Position numbers and translations under genes: made by a program | Notes under the pieces: model-generated | What the model was told of the DNA's origin: nothing | Databases searched by the model: none | The model's input: the letters and a program-made list of their open reading frames with translations, nothing else | Assembly (NCBI RefSeq): GCF_001194135.2 | Contig: NC_068982.1 | Location: 134,297,153 to 134,361,152 of the forward strand | DNA: 64,000 nucleotides | Direction: 5' to 3' | Source of the DNA: Octopus bimaculoides | Taxonomy: Eukaryota | Part shown: positions 22,912 to 33,680 of the stretch, piece by piece | Layout of the letters: every line of letters starts with the position of its first letter | Position numbering within the stretch: the stretch's first letter is position 1

Positions 22912-25900
22912 AAAATGATTTTGTCACTATTTAGTTGATATTTGGGACATATCGAACATGAAATTTTGGAAGATTTTAATTTTGATCACTTTAAAGTTTA
23001 TATTATAGAACCAGGAGTGGTCGCAAGCGGATTGGTATCAAAACAAACCACTTTCCGTTTATACTATTTCGTGGGTAAACTAACTTTTTAATGTATATGA
23101 ATAAAAAGAAATAGTTTTCTTAAGAACCCGAGTTGAATCGCAACATGGTTTCGATTCCCGCTTCTCATGTTAGGAAGAGACCTGAATGACACGACTTGAT
23201 TCGAGACGAATATAGAGATGAGCTCTTGACCGCCATAGAATGTAGCCATTATACTTATCCACCCTTTAGTTTTTAAAAGCTCAAAGTCGTCAAAACTTCA
23301 GATTATATTTTCTGTATTTGTTACGTACTATTTGTGTTAAAGTGACTATCATCCTTGTAAATCGAACTACTTTGACCCATAATGTGTCATTAAGAATCAA
23401 ATATGTCTTTTGTAAGACTATTTGTTAATTTCGTTTTCGTTACTAATAAAATATGACGTATTTACTCAAATAGATTTTAATGATAAATTTCTTGTCTGCG
23501 GTAAAAAAAAAAAATATGGCGACGTATTTACGGTAAACTATTCAGTTTTCACGTGTACTCCTATTTACAACTGTACTTTTTATATTCACCTTTGCTGCTT
23601 TAATGCTGAGCCTCAGGACAGCACCATTGGAGTCGATCCAGGATTAAAGGCCTTCTAACCGTGACCATCCTGTCACTTTACGAACTCAAGTGATGAGGTG
23701 AGTTGGGTTATTAGACCAATAAAAGACAACAATGTGTACAAGATATTAAAATTCTAATTCCATTAATGCAGCCTACCACTGAATCCTATTTATATTGTTC
23801 TTGTAAAAGTTTAATCATAAGATAGTCATGTTAAGCGAATCGACTGACTGGTGGACCTTGCTTTGAAATTAGTGGCTTTTTCCCCCTCTCGTTCTCCCTC
23901 TTACCGTCCGTTTGTTCGCTAAAACAACATGATGCTGTCATAATACTTTTCTGAACATAACTACCATGTTAGTCACGTTAATTTATTTTAGTATGAATAA
24001 AAGACAAAAACTGCAAGCAAAAAACCCTCTGAACGTTAGCGATAATTTGACAAGTGTACATGTACGAGTCTACACAATATATGACGTTAGAAGACTTTTA
24101 TTTCGTTTATTTTTTTGTAATTCTCTCTCCAACTATTTATATCTGTATGTCTGTTTTTCTTTCTTCCATTCATCTCAATTCTACATTTTATTGTCTGCTT
24201 TTTTTTAAACCACACTTTCTCACTCTTCTATTTATTTTTATACAACGTTTTGATGTTAACTCTCACAACTAGTCTAACCGTCTTAAGGCATAGGCACACA
24301 GTGTTGTTGCCCACGGGCGCAAGCACGAATCAAGTAGCCCAATGCTAATCTATAACTTCTCGATAAATACACTGGGGCCTAGATGTTCCCCAATCGTTTT
24401 GAAAGATAAATATTTTAATCAAATAGAAAATAATTTTGATCAGTGGTTTATCCATAGTTTCTGCGCGGTTCTGAGACAGCTGTCCTTTAGAGTCCTACAC
24501 TTGATGAGAAAGAGACGGGTAGTTCTTACCCTTAATCCTTTTTTTTTTTTTTTTTTTTTTTTGTAGTATTCTTGTGCTTAATACATTGTTCTTTTGTATA
24601 TTGTCTAAACTTTTACAGACTTCATTAAAAAAAAAAATCACTAGATGCCGATTGGAAACTTCTGCATATCGTTTTTGACCTAACTTTCTCTGGGTTCAAG
24701 GATGAGGATTTTTCACTTCCTTTACGGATGAAATTTTGTCTGCTTTTAAAATCGAAAATAATTGTTAGTGAAAAAGAAGCTTAAAGTTTTTAAACCAGCA
24801 CAGTAATTTAGATTTGCTTAATTAATGAATGTATAAAATTTAGGATCCGTTTGTTTTCTCGACACTGATGCCCTCTCCACGGGTTCTTTTTCAATTTGCT
24901 TGTGGTTCCTAAAAGGAACCTCACTTTCGGTTTACACAAACTAAAGCTGGCCGCTTACAATGTCTTTTCCTTTTCTGTATTTTCCTTTTTCTTTATTTCC
25001 TTTATCACATAAGCTATATACGGTATATCTGCTTTTAAAAGGACCTTCCAAGATAAGAATTAAAATCTTAGAAGGAACATGATACAAAATTATTCAAAGC
25101 CTCCAGCCCTTAATGACGACTGCCAATAAAGATTTCTTACACAGGCGCAAATTTGAAGATTCATAACTGACGGAATTAGTTCTAAATCGTGCCTAGTTAG
25201 CGCCGATCGGAGAGGATATCATCGGGTGGTGGTGCTGAATTCATCCTATTGTTACCATATTTCTGTTGAAATACACGGCTTTTATTCCAATTTAGTTAGA
25301 ACATGAAACATTTAGTACAATTTTCATCGTTAAAATGGAGTTTGAAAAATAAAACATGAAATTTTGATGAAAGGTTTTAGCTCTGATCACTTAAAAATTT
25401 CCGTATCAGGTAACATGGTCACAGCATTCGACGCTCAACACACATAGTGTGATACTACAGCTCAGCTCCTTGGCCACAACTTCCTGCGTATAAACATTCT
25501 ATCTCTTTGTGTAACTCTTATACGAACTGGTTTTCCCTATTCTCAGTGTTTGAGACTTTTTACTGTCTATGTTACAGACACTCTTTCTATGTTCTGTGTT
25601 GCTCTCACTCACACACACTTGTACACTCACACATTGTACACACACTATTGCTTATTCGACTGTCCGTCACTTCACATTGTTGTATACCTTCTCTTGTACA
25701 AGAAGGCCTGATTTATCTACTGTGTTAATTTTATATGTCGCATGCACGCGCGCACAGACACAAACAGTTTCACTTTGTTAATAAATTTATTCTCATTATA
25801 TATATAACGGTTGAGTTTGTCCTAAGTTCTTTTAGTGACACAATGGCTCGTATCTCTCACGACGAGCCTTCTATCTTATATATATCTTATTTTTGTGTTC

Positions 25901-26543
25901 GACCGTGCGACATGGTAAAAAGGAGCCTTTTCCCGTCTACGTCGCCATCTCTTTTGGTTCGCACGGTCGAAGTATTACAACTATATTTACTTGTTATTGT
26001 TACTATTGTTTAAAAAACCATAATCTTCATTTTGAAAATAGGAACCGAATTAAAATAAAATTTTTAAAAATGGTGGCCGCGAATAGTGCCATATTCCTAT
26101 TTTCAATTTGAGGTCACCAATCTTAAGGATGTTGTGTTGTCTAGTACACATAGCAATGAGATAACAGATCTGCATTTAAGGAGTTTCGTGATATTTGATG
26201 AGACTAATATTTTTACGTATAGCCTAGTTGGCCGAAACTTCAAAGTCACTGTCAGTAATGTTCTTGTTTAAGAATAACAAACAAATATATAATATAATGT
26301 GTGTGTGTACACATGATGTGCTGTTGAACAGTTTTCCTTGTACCGAATGCCACTTAGAAGGCATTGATCTGCCCAGGGTTGACCCAGTGTAAAAGACACG
26401 GCCAAACCTGTCCTATGTTCCCTGGCTTTAAAGTTGTTGACTTTAAGTCAAAAACCTTTTGGATACATCACATCACTAACTGCACCAAGCACTTCTTTTC
26501 CTCTTCCTACTGCTCTTCGTCTCTCTGATTTTTTCCAATGCAG

Positions 26544-26609
26544 AGCAAACTCTGCGTTTGTGCATCTTTATGAACACCTGGGTTACTGTACATCATTCTG
26601 TGCACATAT
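26544..26609 (+). other. Candidate internal exon (66 nt) of an unidentified plus-strand transcript
   Basis: About 45-nt pyrimidine tract plus CAG acceptor, AT|GTAAGT donor, length divisible by 3, two open frames. No recognisable homology. Confidence 0.3.
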
Positions 26610-27039
26610 GTAAGTCTTTCGTGGAGTTTAACATTTTGTTCTTAAGTATATGTCTTTTATATTGTATTATATTACCTGGTTGGGTAGACAAAATGGCTAT
26701 CCACGTCTGTGTTACCTGGTACATATCTCAGCAACTCGTGGGGTGTGGTGTGAGAGAAATGTAAATAAACCCTGCCGCATACAAAACTAAATATTGTAAA
26801 TATTTTGTGTGGTGCTCTGATTCTGCTTTTCCTATCATACACTGTAAAGAATGATGGTTTCTTATTTTACCATGAAGAGAATGAAATATGTCGAGCAGGT
26901 GAAGGTGTGCTAAAACAATGTGACAATGTGATTCCAGGATGAGAGCCAAATAATTGTCGTTCATTCTTTTGAAAAAGTACCAAGCATATATTAGGGGAAG
27001 GCCAATCGATTTCTTCCTGTATATTTTTTTCTTATTCAC

Positions 27040-27130
27040 CATTCTGTGATGCACTTGGGCACTTCATCAGTGATAATTCCTGGAGTTCGATGACTCCAGG
27101 TTTCGAGTCTTTCAACAATGACGCTCAGCG
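27040..27130 (-). CDS. Candidate exon 5 of the METKL gene (LSVIVERLETWSHRTPGIITDEVPKCITE)
   Basis: ccag acceptor and GTGAAT donor. Only one open frame (phase 1 in, phase 2 out). Confidence 0.25.
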
Positions 27131-27268
27131 CTGGATTAACCATTAAGGAAAATAAGCACATGCTTAGAGCATCAAGGGATACTACAAATATGGTAAATGG
27201 TTTACGGCATTCTATATTCGGCCCCTGCTATAACAGCATCTGCTCTTATGAACTTCTTAGTTGCCTAC

Positions 27269-27332
27269 CACTTCCGTCAAGGCTCACTTGACATAGTCTT
27301 TTCTTAACCTCCTAGTTTGTCCAATATTTCCA
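27269..27332 (-). CDS. Candidate exon 4 of the METKL gene, containing an in-frame TAG (WKYWTN*EVKKRLCQVSLDGS)
   Basis: ctctacag acceptor and GTAGGC donor, 88-nt upstream intron, phase 0 in and phase 1 out. TAG at 27314-27312. Confidence 0.25.
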
Positions 27333-27420
27333 CTGTAGAGCGTTAACCTATTGAAATTCCCTTCTCATCTGTTTTACCTACAGACATTGTTTGATTTATA
27401 TACGTTCAAGGTGAACATAC

Positions 27421-27479
27421 CAACTTTATAGGTCTCAACGATCTCAGAGGGCTTACAAAGGTCATGGGCACAGCTCCAC
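27421..27479 (-). CDS. Candidate exon 3 of the METKL gene (GGAVPMTFVSPLRSLRPIKL)
   Basis: Poly-T tract plus gaag acceptor. GTATGT donor at 27420, with an alternative GTAAGC donor after ...MTF. Open in phase 1. Confidence 0.35.
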
Positions 27480-27693
27480 CTTCAGACGAAGTTGAAAAAA
27501 AAACTTAAGTCTGTTAGTAATAAATGCATAAAGAGTGCATTGGAATGTCTGGCAGACTTACAGGAAACCAGAATCTAAGATACACTACATGCACTTGAGT
27601 AACAAGAGTACCAGACAGAATTCAGTGGTGTCGGCCGTGAACTGTCGACCATACACTGTTCAGATGGCTCATGGAAGTAGGATATCTTCTTAC

Positions 27694-27738
27694 CTGTCTG
27701 ACATGATGTGTTGGATGCCAAGTGATAAAACATAGTGA
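27694..27738 (-). CDS. Candidate exon 2 of the METKL gene (FTMFYHLASNTSCQT)
   Basis: ttttttttttcttaaccctag acceptor, CAG|GTAAGA donor, 45 nt, phase 1 to 1, open and continuous with exon 1. Confidence 0.5.
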
Positions 27739-28095
27739 CTAGGGTTAAGAAAAAAAAAAGTTTTAACGAATCTTATCTCTCTCCCTCTCGCCATACGTTC
27801 TTATATACCTCATTCTTTCTACATATTCTTTCTCTCTTCATCCTTCCTCCTTTTCTTTCTCTCTATCCTCTACTCTCTTTTTCTTTATATGTATTCTTCC
27901 TTACGGCAAGTTGATTCAGAAATCTCTCCAGCATCGAGAAAATAAATTTTTTTAATATTTTGTTACAATTTTGTTTTATATATTTTAGAAAAATGTTACA
28001 GTATGTCCGTAGTTTCCTGTCTCTGTTGTAAGATGTCCGTCACTTTTAGTCCTTGCTTGTCCACCACCTCCGTGATATTGCCTCCTATCACTTAC

Positions 28096-28174
28096 ACAAC
28101 CAGAGGAGAAGTATCATGGATTTAAAGTCCTTGCGTTTTAAACGCACTGATATCTCGCTGAGTTTGGTCTCCAT
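28096..28174 (-). CDS. Candidate first coding exon of an unidentified secreted/membrane protein (METKLSEISVRLKRKDFKSMILLLWL)
   Basis: Strong Kozak context cagccATGG, consensus donor T|GTAAGT at 28095, hydrophobic stretch continuing into exon 2, purine-rich leader upstream. Confidence 0.55.
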
Positions 28175-28624
28175 GGCTGATGAGAGGATTTCTGTCTTTG
28201 TCCTTTTCCGTATCTATACACCCACACTCGCTCGCTCACTCGCTCACTCGCTCGCTCGCTCGCTGTTACTTGGAATCGAAAATGACTTAGTAACATGTAG
28301 TAGGCTTTCGCTGATTGCTTTAGGTCTGTATGTAGTCACGTTCAGACATAGACATTGTCTTGGCCCAGTAGAACATCCAGGATGTGACAGCTTGCAGGAC
28401 AGGGAGTTCCAACAGCATGGTTGATGCTCGGTTTCAAGTGACTCGACTGGGGCGACGTGAAACAAAAGTGCTCGCTCAAGGGCGTAACGAGTCACTTGGT
28501 CCAGGGATTGCGCTCTATATTGTGTGTTTGTGTGTGTGTGTAACTGATTATTGCATTTAACTCTGACCGGCTATATGCAATAACTAGTAATATTGTTCTC
28601 CAATAATAATATTTTTCTAATTTT

Positions 28625-28800
28625 GTCATGGGTAATTTTGAGGGGAGGGCCAAGTCGATAACATTGACTTCAGTACTTGACTGGTACTTTATTTTATAAA
28701 CCCTGAAAGGATTAAAAGCAAAGTCGGCAATTGTGATATATGAACTCGGAACGTAAAGTCGGAAGAAATGCAGCTAAGCATTTTGTCCGCGTTCATATTA
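28625..28800 (-). mobile_element. OR/Ceph-type SINE, decayed
   Basis: Reverse core 'tggtactttattttataaaccctgaaaggattaaaagcaaagtcggc...gaactcggaacgtaaag...gctaagcattttgtcc'. Confidence 0.7.
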
Positions 28801-29399
28801 ATAATAATGATGATGATAATAATAATAATAATAATAATAATAATTATTATTATTATTTCTTTATAACCATGAGAATTGACAAAAAGATGAAGGACGATAC
28901 ATTGTGAAATTACGTAAAAGCATGTAACCATGGGAAATAAGACCAAAAACGAAATTCAAGAAGAAAAATCCCCTCAACAGAAGACCTCCGAGGGCTACTC
29001 GTGGTAGTGTCACAAAAAACTGTGACCCTGGCCTTCTCTCAGCCGTCCTCTCCTCTATCTTTCAATAAATTAAGAGGCAACACTTCCTTCTCCATTCTCA
29101 TTTTTCTTTACAAGTGTAATTTGAAAAAGTTGAAGGCTTTTGACTAAATAGAGAGGTGTCTGTCTATAGTCCTCTCCGTCTCGTCCACTACACAACTTCT
29201 GCCTTTTCTTTTTTTTATATACCAAATATATAAAGCTGACAATGTATATACAGAAACACTCATTAGAAATGTTTTTTGAACCAATATATAAACCGTTTTT
29301 GTCTAGCAATAATCATTCTCGTACTTTGTTTTCTGCCTGACTTTCACTTCACTTCGTCTCGCTTTGTTTCTTTTGATGTTAATCTAGCAATCTCTTGAC

Positions 29400-29880
29400 A
29401 TACCAATTTTTTTTTTGTTTTTGTTTTCTTTCTACATGTTTATTTATATTTTTTGGCGCAGCCCGCCAACCGTCTTGTTTGCTCTGTTTTGTCTCTCTCT
29501 CTCTCCGTCTGTCTTATTTTCTGCATCTCTCTCTCCTTCTCTCTTATTCTCTTACTCTCTGTCTACCTCTGAAATCAAATCCCTCTTTTAGCAGCTGAAG
29601 GTCTCTGGCGAGGAGACAGGAATTAATATGATACCACTTGAAAGTTTCATCTACCAACTCGGTTGCAATTTAGAACTGGTTTGCTTGGAGAGAGAGACTT
29701 GGAAAATGAAAATAAAGATAATATTGTATTTACTAAGTTTGTGTATATATGTTTGTGTTAGGAGTGAGGTACAGCAACAAGGGATTTCTTTATATGTTGA
29801 AGGAAGGATTGGCTGATCCCACACAGTGGAAGTCGTTCCGCTGACGTCACGTTTTGGCAACCTTCTTTAGCAAAATGGTA
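29400..29880. promoter_or_regulatory. Candidate bidirectional promoter
   Basis: Inverted CCAAT (29808-29812), GGAAGT, and palindromic CRE TGACGTCA (29842-29849). Pyrimidine initiator ccttcttt at about 29861. GA-rich minus-strand leader with a GTATGT donor at 29403. Confidence 0.55.
29861..29877 (+). other. Candidate short first exon ending in ATG
   Basis: ccttctttagcaaaATG|GTAAAT directly downstream of the CRE/CCAAT cluster. Confidence 0.45.
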
Positions 29881-30826
29881 AATAAAACCGAGACACAAAG
29901 ACGGTTTTATTTTATTAAGAGCTGACGCTAACTTCCAAACGTTATGGAATACTGTGAAGACACGATATCGCTATTTTGAAGGTTAAATTTTTTCTTCCTA
30001 GATTAAATCCTTGCTGTTTTCATTAATGGTTAAACTAGAGTGATGATCTAAACGAAACCCTAAGAATTCGATCAGTCTAGTAATGGGAGTTTGTATTGAC
30101 GAGAATCAGTTCGGATATATACAAAAGGGAGCAAATATCAGCTTCATATCCCACATGTAAAAAAGAAAAAAAAAATCAACTTTAACATACTTTTCAAAGA
30201 TTTGATATTTTTCTGAGCCCCCACCCCGACCCCAATGTAGTTTGCTTTGTGATACATTTCATATCATGGAAATGAAAAAGAACGTTATTTCCAGAAAAAA
30301 ATAGGAAGGAAATTTAAATTTGATAGTTCAAATGTATAGTCTGACTCAACTAAACATTAAATATTTCTTCAGAAAAAGAAAAATTATTTTTTTTCTCCAG
30401 TTGAAAGGCGTTAAGGCAGATCATTAATTCCTCCACCCACCCCACCCCTAAGAAACATCAACATATACTCTGTTTATATCCTGCATCTTTTTATCCCATG
30501 GAAATTTCAATGTTTAAGTCTCTTGCTTCAATATTATTTGAATAAGTCTAATGATTTATTCGTAAGCAACTCGGATAATATATTCTTTTAGCCCTATCTT
30601 ATGGCTGTGTGATTAGAGGCAGAAACAATGTGAATTTGGTTTCAGTTCCAATGCTTGGCTCCTACTGTTACTTGTGTTTACATGACTATGCTGTGAGGCC
30701 ATGTATTTTTTTATACAAATTTACATACTTGTACTCCTCAATATAGGGCCAGTGGACAGAAAAAATATGAAGGTACCTGAGCTTAACATTGTACATGAGT
30801 GTCTTCCCTATAGGAAAAGGTAGGGA

Positions 30827-30976
30827 TCATCGTTTAACGTCCACCTTCCATGCTAGCATGGGTTGGACGATTTGACTGAGGACTGGCGAACCAGATGGCT
30901 GCACCAGGCTCCAATCTGATCTGGCAGAGTTTCTACAGCTGGATGCCCTTCCTAACGCCAACCACTCCGAGAGTGA
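30827..30976 (-). mobile_element. RTE-tail repeat fragment
   Basis: 'catcgtttaacgtccaccttccatgctagcatggg...ccaaccactccgagagtg'. Confidence 0.9.
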
Positions 30977-31152
30977 TCAAGAGAGTATGATCAATAAAAG
31001 CTTCCCTGTTGTGGGCTGTGAATTTGGTGTCAGTGAATCTACCATTTGTTCCATTTGCGAAATGCACAGAGACTATTCATTTATCAATGTTTTTTGGAAC
31101 TAAACCCCTGTTACAAACGAGGATATATATATATATAATATATACACGCATA

Positions 31153-31804
31153 CACACGAGAGGAAGTCAAAAATTATCATCTTTATTGTCACACTGCCTT
31201 CTGCACATGCATGCTTATAGTTGGTACTATTGTAGTCAAGTGATCAAAGTTTGAGCCTGATTGCACCATATTTCTTTTCTAGCTTTGCAGTGTAAGCATG
31301 GATGCTCCACTAGCAATGTGCACCAAAGAAGAACAAAGAGCAGTGATCTGAGAGATGGTAATGGTGAACTGCTTCACCATCACCATCTCTCAAGCTTGCT
31401 GAATCTTCTCGTCAGTGGTAGAGGTCGATAGATGTCCTGCTCTCTCTTCATGCATCATGCTTGTCCATCTACTTTTAAACTTCTTGATCCACTCGTACAC
31501 ACTTCTACACAGTAGTGTACTGTCCCCTGTATTGTACTAAAAGCCTCCAAAGAATTTCAGCACCTGACACACCGACCAGAGAAATCGGATCACATTTCTT
31601 TGTTCTTCTTTGGTGCACATTGCTAGTAGAGCAGCCATGCTTACACTGTAAAGCCAGAAAGAAAAATGGCGCAATCAGGCTCAAACTTTGATCACTTGAC
31701 CACAATAGTAACAACTATAAGCCCGCATGCACAGAAGGCAGTGTGATAATAATAAAGATATGTTATGGTAAAAGTGCGAATAATTTTTGACTTTCTCTTG
31801 TGTG
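31153..31804. mobile_element. Mariner-derived non-autonomous element built from two inverted 5' ends
   Basis: About 200-bp inverted arms beginning cacacgagaggaagtcaaaaattat. The arms encode a mariner-like N-terminus (MDAPLAMCTKEEQRAVI; IRFLWS.SGAEI..RLLVQY). Confidence 0.8.
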
Positions 31805-33279
31805 TGTGTGTGTCTCACAATATATGGATTCAGGTAATCCAGTAGTACTTACAAAAACAGTTCTTTAATCTATCATTCTACAAAACAAAGAATATATAAC
31901 CAAATACAAAATGAACATTGTGAAAGTGGTTGTGCTTTATCAATGAACTACCAGATATAAACCATTCATCTTACTATCTAATAACATATATGTATGCATG
32001 CATGCATTGTAATGGTTCACTGGTGTTCAGAGAAACTGTCAATGGTGGAGTTTTTCTGCACGTAGTCTGCCATTTGCAATCCCTTAGAAATGCATTTCCT
32101 AATCTTTTTAATTCTTGAGGAATCCTTGAAATACATTCCATGCCTCAAGGACAGTATACTTTCATGAGGGAATGTGTTGTTTTTCAAAAGGTTCACTGCG
32201 TATTTTGAAAATAGAATTTGAGATTAGACAAGCTATGTTAATACTTGAGTCTTAAAAAAAACAGGTTTATTCATAATTTTGTTTTACACAAGTATACTTA
32301 AACCAAAGTGAACGACAGTAGTATATTTTTTTGTTCTAAATTTTTAATTTAAAAATTTTATTTTTTGTCTTTGTCATGAAATCTTCAAGATTTGTGAAGC
32401 ACTACTTTGTGATCAAGCGACCTTCTAGAAATAGCAGCCCAATCTTCTTCATATCACATCCTACTGTTTTAAAAAAAGGGAATGATGCTTTAAATATGGT
32501 TGGCTCAGATACATTATCTAGAGAAAAATAAAAACTGATAATCTCTGTTTGAAGGTGGTTATTAGTTGGCAATGGTTAACCCAAAGTTAAACTACACATC
32601 ACTACTGAAGGAAAACGAATTTATTCTCTATTCTAACATTGCATTTAGAGGAAATGCATTTCAATGATCTTATCTCATGCTTGGTTACAAAACTCTGAGA
32701 AAACACCTTAAACTTGTGATTTTAATGGAATAATTGACAAAGGCAAGAATTGATACATTCTTTCCTCTATTCTCATTTGTGTAATAATTTGTTTTGAGTT
32801 TTAGAATTTATTTCTTTATCATATTTGAAATTAGTGTTTCAAAACAAGTGCTTATCCTAAATTAAATTTCACTTTCAATTTAGACTTTTGGGTGTATTTA
32901 TTTATGGCTAATAAACTTTAGTTTTCTTCTTGAGCAAACTCAAAAGGTCTGGTTGCTTCACAACAGTTTAAATATTTCCTTTTTGTCTTTTTACTTTTCA
33001 TTATTTCCTGTTGCAGGGCTGGTGGATTGCCAGAATTGTTAGTGTTGGACAAAATATTTTATGCCTTGCAAAATACTTTATGCCTTCCTACTTTTTATGT
33101 TCTAAGATCAAATTTCACCATATTTAATTTTGCTTGTCCCGTTCTCGAGTTTGACAGAAGAAAGCAAACAATTAAGAGCTAAGGGTCAATACAATCTTTT
33201 AACCCCTCAGTCTTGAAAATTGCTAGCCTTGTGCCTATATTAGAAACAAACATTTTTTATTGTATTTTTTTTTTTTACT

Positions 33280-33680
33280 TGTTTCAGTCATTTGACTGTG
33301 GCCATGTTGAAGCAATGCCTTTTTAGTTGAACTAGTTGACCCCAAGACTTATTCTTTGTAAGCCTAGTACTTATTCTATCGGTCTCTTTTGCCAAACCAC
33401 TAAGTTTCGGGGATGTAAACACACCAGCATCGGTTGTCAAGCGATGTTGGGGGGACAAACACACATATACACACACACACACATATATATGCATATATGA
33501 CAGGCTTCTTTCAGTTTCTGTCTACCAAATCCACTCTCAAGGCTTTGGTCGGCCCGAGGCTATAGTAGAAGACACTTGCCCAAGGTTCCACGCAGTGGCA
33601 CCTTGGGCAAGTGGGACTGAACCCGGAACCATGTGGATTGTAAGTATGCTACTTACCACACAGCCACTCCTACGCCTATA
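33280..33680 (-). mobile_element. SINE family A, near full length
   Basis: Reverse complement of the family-A consensus seen elsewhere in the window. Confidence 0.9.

Noticed and set aside
23130-23170. tRNA B-box-like 'ggtttcgattccc' (also at ~14510)
   Set aside because: No cloverleaf or A box. No genuine tRNA gene was found in the window.
26400-26909. Further minus-strand exons 6-8 of the METKL model (26871-26909, 26716-26771, ~26470-26580)
   Set aside because: Open chains can be built but need weak acceptors chosen post hoc, so over-fitting is too likely.
30035-30082. GTGATGA with a terminal actaga/tctagt stem (box C/D snoRNA-like)
   Set aside because: No CTGA D box on that strand, and too short.
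33018-33038. Strong acceptor plus 21-nt exon-like segment (AGGLPE / GWWIARI)
   Set aside because: The sequence is the decayed head of an OR/Ceph-type SINE. Exonisation cannot be excluded but there is no support for it.
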